Assembly: GCF_021028975.2 (NCBI RefSeq)
Contig: NC_059440.1
Coordinates: forward strand, 30,938,001 to 31,002,000
Origin: Sphaerodactylus townsendi
Lineage: Eukaryota
Reading direction: 5' to 3'
DNA length: 64,000 nucleotides
Both the position numbers and the translations under genes were made by a program. Shown piece by piece: positions 1 through 12,042 of this stretch; position 1 is the stretch's first letter, and the number at the start of each line of letters is the position of its first letter. The notes under the pieces are model-generated. The model did no database searches. It worked only from the letters and a program-made list of their open reading frames with translations, and was not told the origin of the DNA.

Positions 1-150
<150 letters not shown>

Positions 151-315
151 TCAGGGAGAAGGGCAATCTCTGGTGAAAGGATGGCTTAAGGGGGGATCCC
201 CTGAGACGCTGCAGAGCAGCTGGGAGTGAGGATAGGAAACACAGTGCAAGAGAAACCAATGGGTTGGCTTCAGGCAAAATTAACTTGGTCACACAAAGAT
301 TGGGACCAGTTAGCC

Positions 316-463
316 CAGGGGTAGGGAACCTGCGGCTCTCCAGATGTTCAGGAACTACAATTCCCATCAGCCCCTACCAGGATGGCCAATTGGCCATGCT
401 GACAGAGGCTGATGGGAATTGTAGTTCCTGAACATCTGGAGAGCCGCAGGTTCCCTACCCCTG
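316..463. mobile_element. Palindromic non-autonomous hAT MITE
   Basis: CAGGGGTAGGGAACCT...AGGTTCCCTACCCCTG termini, near-perfect fold-back, 8-bp TSD AGTTAGCC (308-315, 464-471). Confidence 0.92.
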
Positions 464-1271
464 AGTTAGCCGAATAGAAGTGGCTCTGCATCCCAAGGTG
501 TTGAACGACTGCATCAGTCAGACAGGGGAGAAATGAAGTTTCCGCTGTCGAGAAAGGAGGAAAGGAGCCCTGGACCAGCTTCAGCTGTCTGAAGATTGCA
601 TGTATCGTTTGTTTTGGAGGCAGGGAATGCTGGGTAAGGAGAGAACCAATTCACTCATTTGACGTTGCAGGAGGGCAGGAGAAATCCTGATTGGAAGTGT
701 GCAAACTTCTTGTGTCTTTCTCTGCCCCTCTGAAAAAGAGTTCCAGGCAGATCACAATAATATGCACCACACACTGTAATATGTCACCACCACCAAAAGA
801 AGAAACATTAACATAATCTGCAAGACAGCAGAGGGAATAACATGGCAGCACATCAAATTTGAAGGCACAAACAGAAAAGCAAAAAGCCAGAACCCCCCAC
901 CCCCCATAACTTTCTGCTGGTGCCTAAAAATCAGAAAATCAGGCACCAGAGTAGTCAATGCAGGGAGGGTGATCCAGAGCAGAACTGAAAAAGGCCCAGC
1001 TCTGGTCACCACCCTCCCCCTGCTCAAGAGGGAGGGCAGAGGCAGCAGCGGCAAGCAGAATAACCTCTAAGCAAGTTCTCAAGAAAGAACACAAGGCCAG
1101 AATAGGAGGAATGAGCTCACACGGGTTCTTATCTTCTGCCTCTCTCCAACACAATATTTTTGCTCTGATTCGACTGTGTGCCAAGCTGTACGTCAATATT
1201 ATTTTTACACGAACAGTCAAAAAAAGAACCAAGCATGTCGCAGAAGCAAGGGGGAAAGAAATCTGCGTTAC

Positions 1272-1280
1272 CTTGAATGG
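1272..1280 (-). CDS. EMC1: EMC1 9-nt alternative microexon (adds AIQ)
   Basis: Minus strand ttcttgctttgtgttttgcttcctgggaaccAG|CCATTCAAG|GTaacg; phase 1-1; gives KKA-AIQ-DGLL. Confidence 0.85.
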
Positions 1281-1484
1281 CTGGTTCCCAGGAAGCAAAA
1301 CACAAAGCAAGAAACACCATTCAACTTTTTTCTCTTGGCCAAAATCTGAGCAATGATGCAAGGGATACCCCAGAGCAAGTTAGCCACCTTTCCCCTGCCC
1401 CGCTCCTGAAAGTCTCTGGGCAATCTGTCTGCAAAGTCAAAGTCATTTACATGGCTGGATGTTCAGACAGGTTGAAATTATTTA

Positions 1485-2039
<555 letters not shown>

Positions 2040-2104
2040 TCAGCAATACAGCACCTGCTTTACATGCACAAGGCTCTGTAATTTTGGCAGCTGTAATTTT
2101 GGTA

Positions 2105-2660
2105 GCAAACTTGAGGTCAGCAATGGCAAACCTCCTGGTGGTCCCCGATCCTACTATTGTCAAATTGGTCTCAACCAGGACAAGGGCTTTTGCAGCCCTG
2201 GCTCTGCCCTGGTGGAACGCTCTGCCACCTAACATCAAAGCCCTGTGAGATTTGATGCAATTCTGCAGGGCCTGTAAGGCAGAGCTGTTCCGCCAGACTT
2301 CTGGTTGAGGCCCAAAAAACTGGAAACCGAAATTGTAAATATCTACTTTCAATTGCACTTGTTGCCTGCCCAATGCCCAATTCCCTGTCTGCTTTAAATG
2401 GCATCTGTTGTCAGCCTTATTTTAACTCTGATTGGAAAATAAGTTTTTGGTTGATTTTAATTTAATCGTATTTTAATTAGACCAGGTTGGATTTTAATTA
2501 TTATAACTGCTTTGATTGTCTTGTTTTAACTGTTTTAATTGTTGGCTGTTTATCACATTTTATATGTTACTTTCTGGTGTGAGCCACTCTGAGCCCTTGT
2601 GGGGAGGGCAGCACACAAATTGAATTAATTAATTAATTAATTCGATCGTTCATTCATTCA
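2105..2660 (+). mobile_element. Degenerate L2-type LINE 3' fragment
   Basis: RAFAALALPWWNALP-like ORF2 C-terminal remnant, AT-rich 3'UTR, GAGCC..CTGAGCCC..GGGGAGGG end motif and (AATT)n/(CATT)n tail; boundaries approximate. Confidence 0.6.
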
Positions 2661-2892
2661 TTCCCTGGTATCTCCAGCTAGAGGACTTCCAGAAGCAGAC
2701 CCCCAATCCCCCGCTGCCTGTCAAAATGGACGAAACAGAGCTAGATGGACTAACCGAATGGCGCTAGATGCAAACTCCGATTGCAAAGTCAGTGTCTTCA
2801 AACCTAACGCCCAATAATCCAGCTGCCAAAAGGGAAAGCCTCCAGCAAGGGAAAGCTTGGAGGGTTCTGAATAGACCAAAACACAAGATTAC

Positions 2893-2989
2893 CTGGTTGC
2901 TGGAGGAATACGAGCATGTGATCAGCTGTCTGCACCAGAGCCCGGTAACCCACAGAATCATCCTTCTTCAAAAAGACCTGAACGTAGAG
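2893..2989 (-). CDS. EMC1: EMC1 exon (human exon 12 equivalent)
   Basis: [32 protein letters not shown]; 97 nt, AG/GT. Confidence 0.95.
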
Positions 2990-3132
2990 CTACCCAAAGG
3001 GGAGGAGAGAACCAGAAGCGGACATCATCGTATTTGTGCCTGCTGACTCAAGACCCGAGTCCCTCACTTGCACTGCCCCCACCCCTCGTGGGTGTGGGTG
3101 TGGGTTGAACAGGTCAGTGCTGTTCCTCTCAC

Positions 3133-3255
3133 CTGCTCGGGCCTGGAACTGCTTTTCTCCAAGGTGAAGGAGATGGTGGTATCCAATAGTCTTTGCCCAG
3201 TTTCTACCAAGTATAAGTTAACCACATACGACTGGTTGTGGCAAGACAAGAACTC
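3133..3255 (-). CDS. EMC1: EMC1 exon (human exon 11 equivalent)
   Basis: [41 protein letters not shown]; 123 nt, AG/GT. Confidence 0.95.
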
Positions 3256-3946
3256 CTGTGGCAGGACGGAGAGGAAAGAAGAGGGGGGAGGACTGATAAA
3301 TCACAGAGACCTGGATCTTGCCATTTTACCCCCAAAATAGTCTCTGATAAGCAAATCTGGCCAAGCGAGAGAGATTTTTAAACTAAGGGTGCCACTGAAT
3401 TCCGTGTGAAAAAGCCCCATTTCAATCTTGCTTCTCACTCATGGGAGTCAATTCTTTCCTCACCCCCCTCTCTATGCTTGCCCCCCTTTTGTTTCCTCAT
3501 GCTATAATTTCATGCGAAAATTAACTTTTATTTCCTTGTTTTGCTTCAGAATTACAAAACAAACCAGGAACACCAGCACCAAACACCAGCAAAATGAAAG
3601 GGCTTGTGGAAGCAGGTTAAAATATTTGTAGTGAATCGGGAATTCTGGCACTCTGGAGGCTGCCAGGAAGGGTGGGCATGTGTTTTTCCCTCTCTACCTT
3701 TGCATGGGATCCTAAGGTGAAACATTCACTCTGACAGCATCCCAGGTGCACCCACCCGCCTACCACCGCAACGCTGGGGCAGGAACAAGGACCCCGGACT
3801 TTTCCACCTTTTGCAGGATGGTTCCGCTGCCTTCAGCTATTGTGTCTCGTATGCTGACGTATGATTCATTTTACCTGGACAGACTCCTGGAAAAAGCAGG
3901 CCCATTTCACAGATGGTCAAGGCAACTGGCATCACCGGGTACTTAC

Positions 3947-4018
3947 CGTTTCCGCCTTGCAAGTCAGGACTGCGGCCACCGTCTTCTCATTTGTTGTCGC
4001 AAAGGTCACAAGGCCTCC
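3947..4018 (-). CDS. EMC1: EMC1 coding exon 9
   Basis: GGLVTFATTNEKTVAAVLTCKAET; 72 nt, AG/GTAAGT. Confidence 0.93.
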
Positions 4019-4186
4019 CTGTGAGAGTGGGGGGAGGAGGAACGCTTTGGCAAGCAGAGGGACATTCTTTCTCCTGCCCAGGGACACCCCAAACACTCCT
4101 CCAAGGGGCTGGATTCCCACCAGGCAATGTGGCCAGGCTTCTCCATCCCTCACGCTTCAAAACCCAACAGCCTCTCTCTCTGTTAC

Positions 4187-4354
4187 CTGCGGGAAATCCC
4201 GGAGAAGGCTCAGCAAACCGTTCTGATACTGCAGCAGCGCAAAGTGGGTCGGGGACAGCTGCAGGAAGAACTGAGCTCGGGAAGCACTGGCAGGATTCGG
4301 CTGAGAGGCCCACAGGCGGGGCTGGAAAGTGTCTGTGAACTTAAGTTCAAGGGG
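4187..4354 (-). CDS. EMC1: EMC1 coding exon 8
   Basis: [56 protein letters not shown]; 168 nt. Confidence 0.93.
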
Positions 4355-4782
4355 CTGCAGAAGAAAAAGGACACACGATTAGCCAGGCGAGCAGAGATGG
4401 GGGCATCTCCGGAGTTGCAGACATCATAGCCAGGCACCTCTTAAGCCCACCCCCAGGGAAACTGTATCCTGGGCCAGGTGGGTTCTGTTCCTCTTCCTCT
4501 TTTTCATGCTACCCTTTCCTCAAGGAGCTCACGGCCTTGTTTCTGGCTCTCTCATTGGGCAGGAACTATATAGACTAAGGCTGGGACAGCTTGCTGAGAT
4601 ATCTAAGATTGTGCACACTTTCCTTAGGTACGCAGAAAAAGATGCACAACATCAGTGTGCAGCCGGCTGGCGGGATGAGGCCTTGGCCTCACCAGGCCTG
4701 ATATAAAGCCTGACCTTCTGCCTTTGTCTGGCCCAAACATTCCTGGTTGTTTTGGGTTTGAACCCCCTTCTGGATCCCTCAC

Positions 4783-4932
4783 CTCCAGCGGGACCGCCTT
4801 CATCTCTTCTTTGGAGTCCAGGGATGAGATGTAAAGGGAGGCTGTGGCCACGTCCACGCACACGAGCAAAGCCTCTCCTGTGACGGCGCAAGACTGGTTG
4901 AGGCTCCCCACCCAGGGGGCTTCCACTCTGCT
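4783..4932 (-). CDS. EMC1: EMC1 coding exon 7
   Basis: SRVEAPWVGSLNQSCAVTGEALLVCVDVATASLYISSLDSKEEMKAVPLE; 150 nt. Confidence 0.93.
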
Positions 4933-5278
4933 CTGTGGGGTGATGCAGCAAGAGAGCACCATTAAGAAGACAAAGACCCCGTGGACTGGTGTCAGGCAGC
5001 TGTGGTTCAGTGGCAAAGCCCCCACTTTTCATGTGGAAGGCCTCACGGTCAACCCCCAGCACCCCCAGTTCAAGAGTCTCCAGTGGCAGGAAGAAGCCTT
5101 CCTTGCCAGAGACCCTGGAGAGCGGTCGCCATGTGACTGGATACTCCTGTGTCCAGTAGACCAATCCTCTAACATGCTACTGGATAGCTCTCTAGGTTCA
5201 GCTTGCAAAGTGGCTAAAAATTATTCACAGCTTGATCATAGCAGTAATTGCTGAGTTCCATGGGACTTGCTTCCATGT

Positions 5279-5575
5279 AAGAAGAAGAAGAGTTTGGATT
5301 TATATCCCCCCTTTCTCTCCTGCAGGAGACTCAGAGGGGCTGACAATCTCCTTGCCCTTCCCCCCTCACAACAAACACCCTGTGAGGTAGGTGGGGCTGA
5401 GAGAGCTCTGAGAAGATGTGACTAGCCCAAGGTCACCCAGCTGGGGTGTGTGGGAGTGCACAGGCTAATCTGAATCCCCCAGATAAGCCTCCACAGCTCA
5501 GGCGGCAGAGCTGGGAATCAAACCCGGTTCCTCCAGATTAGATACACGAGCTCTTAACCTCCTACGCCACTGCTG
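5279..5575 (-). mobile_element. tRNA-derived squamate SINE (Squam3/CORE-like), near full length
   Basis: Minus-strand tRNA-like head (GTGGCGTAGGAGGTTAAG...GGTTTGATTCCC), CORE-like GGTGACCTTGGGCTAGTCAC, (CTT)n tail; related copies at 27.7-28.1 kb and 32.2-32.5 kb. Confidence 0.85.
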
Positions 5576-5678
5576 TCTTAACTGGCAGACTTGTATCTAC
5601 GCAGTCTTTCCAAAGCACCAGTCAAGCTACAATCCGGAAAAATAAACCTGGCAGCTCCAAGCCTGGAGCACAGCCTAC

Positions 5679-5805
5679 CTGTTTTGAAATTTCGCCATCT
5701 TCAACACTGAAGACGAGGACGTTCACGTGACTTTGAGGAGAGACCGCGAGGACATACACCACACCCGTTCCATAGGAATACACCAGCTGATACTGGACAG
5801 TTTCA
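5679..5805 (-). CDS. EMC1: EMC1 coding exon 6
   Basis: (S)[42 protein letters not shown]; 127 nt. Confidence 0.94.
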
Positions 5806-6193
5806 CTGGGAAGGAAAATGGGAACTTAACATAACCAACCATCAGCACAACTTTTTCCTGCTTGAGGATCCAGCCATTTGAGTTCCTGTGTCTAGTCTGA
5901 AAGAGCCCTGACCACCTCATCTGCTGCTGGTGAAAACTGGGCAGCCACATATTGTCCTCTGACAGCCAAAGACTTATCTGCATTCAGTCTATTCACATCT
6001 TTTTTATCTGTACACATCAAAGCTTTCAGTTAAAACTACCTGCTCAAGCCTTCCTGTTCCACAAAAAAAAAAAAAAAAAAAAAAAACCTTCCACCAGCAC
6101 CATTTTTTACAAGGGAGAGAAGCAGCTGGCCAGAGGGCTGAGATGACTGGATCAATTATTAACAAAAGAGCTCAGCTCATTACAAGACTCTAC

Positions 6194-6322
6194 CTGTCAG
6201 GTAACTGCTCCACCCATTTCTGATGGCCGTTGGAGAGGTAGTGAAGGGACAGTGCACCTTTCTTCAAGACCGCCACATATTTCACGGAGTCCTGAAGTCC
6301 CACCAAACTAGCCATCTGAAAA
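6194..6322 (-). CDS. EMC1: EMC1 coding exon 5
   Basis: (S)[42 protein letters not shown]; 129 nt, frame continuous with flanking exons. Confidence 0.92.
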
Positions 6323-6410
6323 CTTATATTGACAAATACATAGCTTAATGTCGTTTGCAATGACTAATAAATCTTCCCATCAGTCTTTTCCAGATCTCTG
6401 AAGGGCTCAC

Positions 6411-6504
6411 CTGCCTGTTTCCATGGATATCTCCCAATTCAAGCCTCCAATGTTAGTCTCCCAGGAGCGCAGGATGCGACCCCCATTGGAAATAGTGATG
6501 GCAT
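6411..6504 (-). CDS. EMC1: EMC1 coding exon 4
   Basis: (D)[30 protein letters not shown]; 94 nt. Confidence 0.95.
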
Positions 6505-6919
6505 CTGCAGAAAGGGGGGAAGAGCACAGAATGGTAAGCAAAAGGCAATGCCCACAAACACAGCACAGAGAAAAGTAAAAGATCAGCATAAACAATCCTT
6601 AGTAAAAAGACTAGAAAAGTAACTGCCACCCAGATAAGAAGTCCAGAAAAAGAAGATTCTCCTCACCCACAACAAATAATCCTAAGAATTCTCACAATGC
6701 AATCCTAACTAATTATACCTTACTAGTCCCATTGAAGTAAATGAGCTTAGCAGGGCATGAACTGTTTAGGTCTGTGATGTCATATGTAGAATGGGAACTT
6801 TACAAACTGACCTCAGGTTTGCCAGGGAGATAAAATAGTATTATAGTGAAGTGGAGCTGAGACAGTGAAGCATTTTAGGCATGATAAATAATCCAGTGAT
6901 GACCTCACAACTGGCTTAC

Positions 6920-6985
6920 CTTGCCCATGGATTAGCATGGTGTCTACGACCCCTTCCGGTGTCCCCTTGTCCACATGGCGCCACA
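6920..6985 (-). CDS. EMC1: EMC1 coding exon 3
   Basis: (L)WRHVDKGTPEGVVDTMLIHGQ; 66 nt. Confidence 0.95.
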
Positions 6986-7369
6986 CTTGAAAAAGAACCA
7001 GAAATCACTTGAAGCTGATCACTGACCTGACACCGTCTGGTCAACACAAAGGTCTCCTTCTATCCTTTGCTAGCAAAGCTTTGTTTTAAATTGGAGGTAA
7101 AAGATCTTAAAACCAGCATCCCTCCATGCACAAAGCGCTCTTCTGCTAAGCGATACATCTTTTCAAATATTGAGTGAAAAATTTGGCAGGTGTTCTATTG
7201 AGTTAGGGGGGCCCACCCAACCAAAAATACTACAAACTGCCTTGCATTAAATCAGAACCAGGGGTGATAACAACACATATCTAATCATATTGATCTTGCT
7301 GGTTAACACCACTAATGTACCCAGGGGTTCCTGAGGGAATAAGCAACCTGCCATGTTACAGGTACTCAC

Positions 7370-7494
7370 AGATTTCTCCTGTCCTGGAATTCAGAGCTGC
7401 CATCACGTTCTTCTCTGTGGCCACAATAAGCTTCTTGGAGCCTTGAGAAGCATCCAAGGAAGCAAACTTCAGTTTTCCCACATACTGTTGCCTC
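7370..7494 (-). CDS. EMC1: EMC1 coding exon 2
   Basis: [41 protein letters not shown]; 125 nt. Confidence 0.95.
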
Positions 7495-8121
7495 CTAGTC
7501 AAAAAAGCAAATCAAAGAATGCCAGTCGTGACAACTCACTCTGACGTAGTTGGAGAAAAGGATATACATAAATACACATTTTCAAGCAATGTATAAAAAC
7601 CAAACAAATTTCTAGCTTAACTTGAGAGAGTGAAGGCATAATTCAAGAAAGGGAAACCTTCTAAAACTACCGAATCACACCAGAGACCTATCTAGACTGG
7701 TATGTGGTTTCCTACAATGGGCCATGCCTCTGGAAAACCTACAAACAGGCCATAAACCAGATGACCTTCACTGGTGAGGTCCATTATGGGACACCTGGTC
7801 AACCTCTTGTTTTGGACTTTTAAAATGCCCCTGGACCAACCCAAAACTCTATCGCTCCTATTTCCAACAGTAGCCATTTGCTTGTTTTGGGGGAAGCTCA
7901 TGGGAATGACTTAAAGTGACAGCCCTTCCCCGCTGCTTCCCCCTTATTCAGAGATAGACTGCCTTTGAATATGGAGGCTCCTCTCCACCCTCAAGGCTTT
8001 ATGAGGCCCGTCCTCCAAGCCGAACTGTTCTTAAAACTTAACCTAAACTGTGGCAGCGAGTTCCGCAAGTCAGGACTGTGGGTGGCGCAACCCGCACCAG
8101 GCAGCAGAGCCTTGGACCTAC

Positions 8122-8222
8122 CAGTCAAACTTGCCCACTTGGTCCTCGTAGACGGCGCCCGCCGGCAGGAGAAGGAGAAGCGAGAGGAAGGCCGCCACCC
8201 CCCAAATCCTGGGCGCTGCCAT
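8122..8222 (-). CDS. EMC1: EMC1 first coding exon (ER membrane protein complex subunit 1; signal peptide)
   Basis: ATG at 8222; MAAPRIWGVAAFLSLLLLLPAGAVYEDQVGKFDW = signal peptide plus conserved VYEDQVGKFDW; GT donor. Confidence 0.96.
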
Positions 8223-8589
8223 GACAGCTGCCGGGCGAGAAGAGACGAAGCCACAGGAGGCCTCCAGTATCCCATCAGGCACAGCGCAATCATAGAGACC
8301 TGCCCGTCCTTTCTCCTGGCCTTTCCTGGCATAGCTGTCTAACCGAGTGCCTGACTTACCTACGGAAAAAAAGAAGGGCGGCGAGCCTCCCCGGTGCGGC
8401 GCTTCCAGGGACGATCAGCCGTCCTCGCAGAAGGGAATTCAAATAGGGAGGCCCGACCGTCCCCCAGGAGGCACGTTTGGTCCCCAACGGACTCCGGCAT
8501 CTGTGTAGACGCCTAAGTGTGAACGCTTTCCCATCAGCCCTCGCGACGGCAGCAGCAGCCGGGAAGGGGGCGCCACGTGCAAGAGCGAC
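8223..8589. promoter_or_regulatory. CpG-island bidirectional promoter region between EMC1 and MRTO4
   Basis: Head-to-head start codons 367 bp apart, CpG-rich; E-box CACGTG at 8574-8579 just before the MRTO4 ATG; TCGCGA core at 8541-8546. Confidence 0.8.
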
Positions 8590-8617
8590 ATGCCCAAGTC
8601 CAAGCGGGACAAGAAGG
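8590..8617 (+). CDS. MRTO4: MRTO4 exon 1 (ribosome maturation factor Mrt4)
   Basis: MPKSKRDKK then G|GTGAG donor. Confidence 0.95.
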
Positions 8618-9849
8618 GTGAGACTCGGGGGGTAGCGCGGGAAGGAAGCTCGGGATAGCCGAAGGCGGCTGGGATGGAGTGGGCATTTTCGACCGCTTCG
8701 CAAAGAGCCATTCTGGGAGGACTCGCCTGGCCCCTGGGATAGCAGCATTGAGCTGCAAAGGAACCTCAGAGGTCATCTAGACGAGCCTCCTGCACAAGGC
8801 AGAAAATTCCCCACTCCTTCCTCCCAGGGACTCCTGCTTCCCCCTCCCCCCCCCCACACACACACAACGGGGAGGAATGCCAACTCCAAGTAGGGCTTCG
8901 TTGGGGTTATGATGCCAAAAGTTCTGGAGACTCGTTGTAATTATGGGAGCTCTCCAGACCTCGGGAGAGCGGGAGAAGCCCTACTGTGCTGATGATGTTG
9001 CAGCCTCAACTCTTTTACTCTGGCATCTTTTTCAAAAGCTTTAATTTTCTTTGAGTCCCCTTCAGGAGACACAGACACGCTAAACTGTTGAATAACTGGC
9101 CCTTCTGACGCCCACCCCTGTTGCAGATCCCCATTGGGACTGAAAGAGAAAGGCCTCCCAGTGAGGGAGATGAGAACTGACATCTGCCCAGTTATTAGCT
9201 TAGTCCCCCATAGCCCTTAGGAATTAATTCTTCCCCAAGTCTACCCTCAGCAGTTCCTGTCCCTGTTAAACACAGCCCTGCTGTACTCATTGGGTTATTG
9301 TGCTCCTTGCCAACCGTTTGCAGAAAAGGACGCTTCGCAGCTTCAATTTTTATTATTTGGGGAGGGGGATCCCTTTGTGGATTTTTTTTTAGACCTTTGC
9401 AAGGTATACCAGCCCCCAATATTGTGGAAAGGCAACTGATGAAAGCTGTAAGTAAATAACAGGATTGCTGTCAGGACTGAACCTGGAGGCAGGGCTTCTT
9501 CCGAGCCATTTCACCCTTTGATCTACTTTGCTTTCCTCATTGAGATCCTGAAATGTGCAGCACTTGGGACTGAGGCCAAATGCATGCAGATGAGATGTGG
9601 GGACAGGGATCCAGGAGTTGTGCTGTGGGACTCACCAAAGGCTTCTGGCGGGGAGGGGAGCAATATGTGTCATTCCTATTTTTGGTACTGAGCACAAGAT
9701 ATTAAACCGAGTGGGGCTAGAGAGAGAATTTATAGATGCAGAGGAGTGGTGAGACAGTACAAGCATTTTTGTGCTGTTGCTTTCTTTTTAATTGTGCAGG
9801 TTTTTTTATTTTTTTTTGTCGGACTGAAGCTTTGTTTTTCTTTTCCCAG

Positions 9850-9908
9850 TTTCCTTGACAAAGACCACCAAGAAAGGCTTGCAATTTAAACAGAATTTGA
9901 TAGAAGAG
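9850..9908 (+). CDS. MRTO4: MRTO4 exon 2
   Basis: (V)SLTKTTKKGLQFKQNLIEE; 59 nt, AG/GTAAG. Confidence 0.95.
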
Positions 9909-10230
9909 GTAAGCTATGATAAAAAAAAAATATAGCGACACATTTTCAGTTTGAAGCAAAATTAATTGAAAGCACAACCATTTTGAAGAAACTGTTATTC
10001 TCTTTGAGATCAGAAATTGCCACCATTGGGCAGGAATACTGCATATAAATGCTCTGTGACAAGGATTCTCATATGGGAATAGTTATCATTTTGGTATTTA
10101 ATCCAGTTGCATAATGTATGCTACATAATGTGGAGGGTCTAACCATGCCTTGTGGCTCAGAGCCTACAAAATTGTTCAGTTGAGGGAAATTTCATCTTCT
10201 GTGGTAACATCCAAATTTCCTTGCCCTCAG

Positions 10231-10334
10231 CTCCGGAAATGTGTGGACACCTACAAATATCTCTATATTTTCTCCATTGCCAATGTCAGAAACAACAAGC
10301 TGAAGGATATCCGCAATGCCTGGAAGCACAGCAG
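10231..10334 (+). CDS. MRTO4: MRTO4 exon 3
   Basis: [34 protein letters not shown](R); 104 nt. Confidence 0.96.
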
Positions 10335-10718
10335 GTGAGGCCTCTTCTCCACCTGTCCACTAATATTGATCTTTTCAGCTGGGGAGGCTTAAAAGAACAT
10401 GGGGAGAAAGGAGATAAATAAAGCAGTCTTGTGGCATCATAAAGGCTGCAAACTAAGCTGTCAAGTTCCTTCATTCGTAAGTGCTTTAATTATTTGAATT
10501 TATATCCCGCCTACATACCAGACCTCTAGGTGGCATGTTAAAACATCCCCATTAAACCATCACAACATACAAAAGTTAAAATCCCAACCCTGCCCCTTTA
10601 GAATTGCATTTGTTGGATTCTTAGAATCTAGGGTAAGTATTTTCAGTTCTGAGTTTGAAGGCATCGTTTGCTGCATGATCTTCCCTTGATGCTACCTTTG
10701 GTTGGGTTTTCCTTGTAG

Positions 10719-10800
10719 GCTCTTCTTTGGAAAGAACAAAGTGATGATGGTGGCCCTGGGTCGGAGCCCAGCTGACGAGTACAAAGAAAACCTGCACCAG
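10719..10800 (+). CDS. MRTO4: MRTO4 exon 4
   Basis: [27 protein letters not shown]; 82 nt. Confidence 0.96.
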
Positions 10801-10914
10801 GTAAGACATGGAAACTTGTCAGACCCGTCTCCTGCAGTGCAGCTTCAAGAGGGGGTGGTGGCATCACTGCTCCAGAGCAGGAGCCCTCACTCTGTAGGTC
10901 TTTATATTTTCTAG

Positions 10915-10982
10915 GTCAGCAAACATCTGCGGGGAGAGGTTGGCCTCCTCTTCACCAATCGCACCAAAGCCGAAGTCCTCGA
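10915..10982 (+). CDS. MRTO4: MRTO4 exon 5
   Basis: VSKHLRGEVGLLFTNRTKAEVL; 68 nt. Confidence 0.96.
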
Positions 10983-11290
10983 GTAAGTGTGTCCAGTCCT
11001 TTTCTAGCAATAAAAATGCCTCTCCCTCAAGCTGCAGGCCTCCTAGCGGGGCCTCTTCTTGAGTTGCAGTATTAAGAGAACAAATATGCAGTCACTTTCA
11101 AGGGGCAGCAGCCAACACAGCCCAGTTGGACCCAAGCTTGTAGCTCACCCTGTGAGTAAATGAAGGGTCCCGAGTCCCACATTCATATGCATCCTCACTG
11201 ATCCTTCCCTTAACGTCAGATCCAGCAATGGTGATGCTTGTCCCAATCGCTCCCTGCTTAGAGGATCTTTGTTTCTGCTTTTCTCCCCAG

Positions 11291-11442
11291 CTGGTTTGCA
11301 CAGTTTAAAGAGATGGACTTTGCCCGGGCAGGGAACACAGCAAATTTCACCTTTGGCCTGGATGCAGGACCGCTGGAGCAGTTTCCCCATTCCATGGAGC
11401 CTCAGTTGCGGCAACTTGGGTTGCCCACAGCCCTGAAGAAAG
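11291..11442 (+). CDS. MRTO4: MRTO4 exon 6
   Basis: [50 protein letters not shown]; 152 nt. Confidence 0.96.
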
Positions 11443-11965
11443 GTTTGTGCTGGGTCCTAAGAAGAACATTATTCAGACGGGGACAATTGTCCTGAGCCAG
11501 ACATCCTCCTCTGGTGATGTTGTACACTGAACAGGCCATGCAGGAAAGAAGGGAAAGCCCCACCCTTCCTCAGGGGTTTGCTCAAAACTCTTGGGTCTCT
11601 CAGTCTGAGCAAGAAAGCATTCTCTAACCCCTCTGCAGATAGAGTTACCAGTCCATCCCCAGCAGCCCTCGCTTCCTTGGCCCAGGGTTGGGGCTGAGGA
11701 CCCCTAAACTGCAGGGCCCTCCATATTGCCCCTGTCCTCCAGCAACCACGCCCCAGAGGAAAATGGCTCAGGGCCATTCATTTCAACTCAGTTCTGCGCA
11801 AGAAACAGCCATGTTAATACAAACCTGTTCCCAGGACCCCTTACCAGAGTTGCATCGTGCCACAGTATCATCCACAATAGGCAACCAGGACGTTCGTTTT
11901 AGCCCAGTGTCATTTCTCCTCTATTTTCTGTCACACGTGGATCTTTCTCCTGCTCTCTTTTGCAG

Positions 11966-12042
11966 GAGTGGTGACGCTAATCTCTGACTACAGGGTCTGC
12001 AAAGAGGGAGAAGTCTTGACCCCTGAACAAGCTCGCATCCTG
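11966..12042 (+). CDS. MRTO4: MRTO4 exon 7
   Basis: (G)[25 protein letters not shown]; 77 nt. Confidence 0.96.

Noticed and set aside
316-463. Palindromic repeats as CRISPR-like arrays or miRNA genes
   Set aside because: Dispersed copies with TIRs and 8-bp TSDs are MITEs; no repeat-spacer periodicity, eukaryotic context
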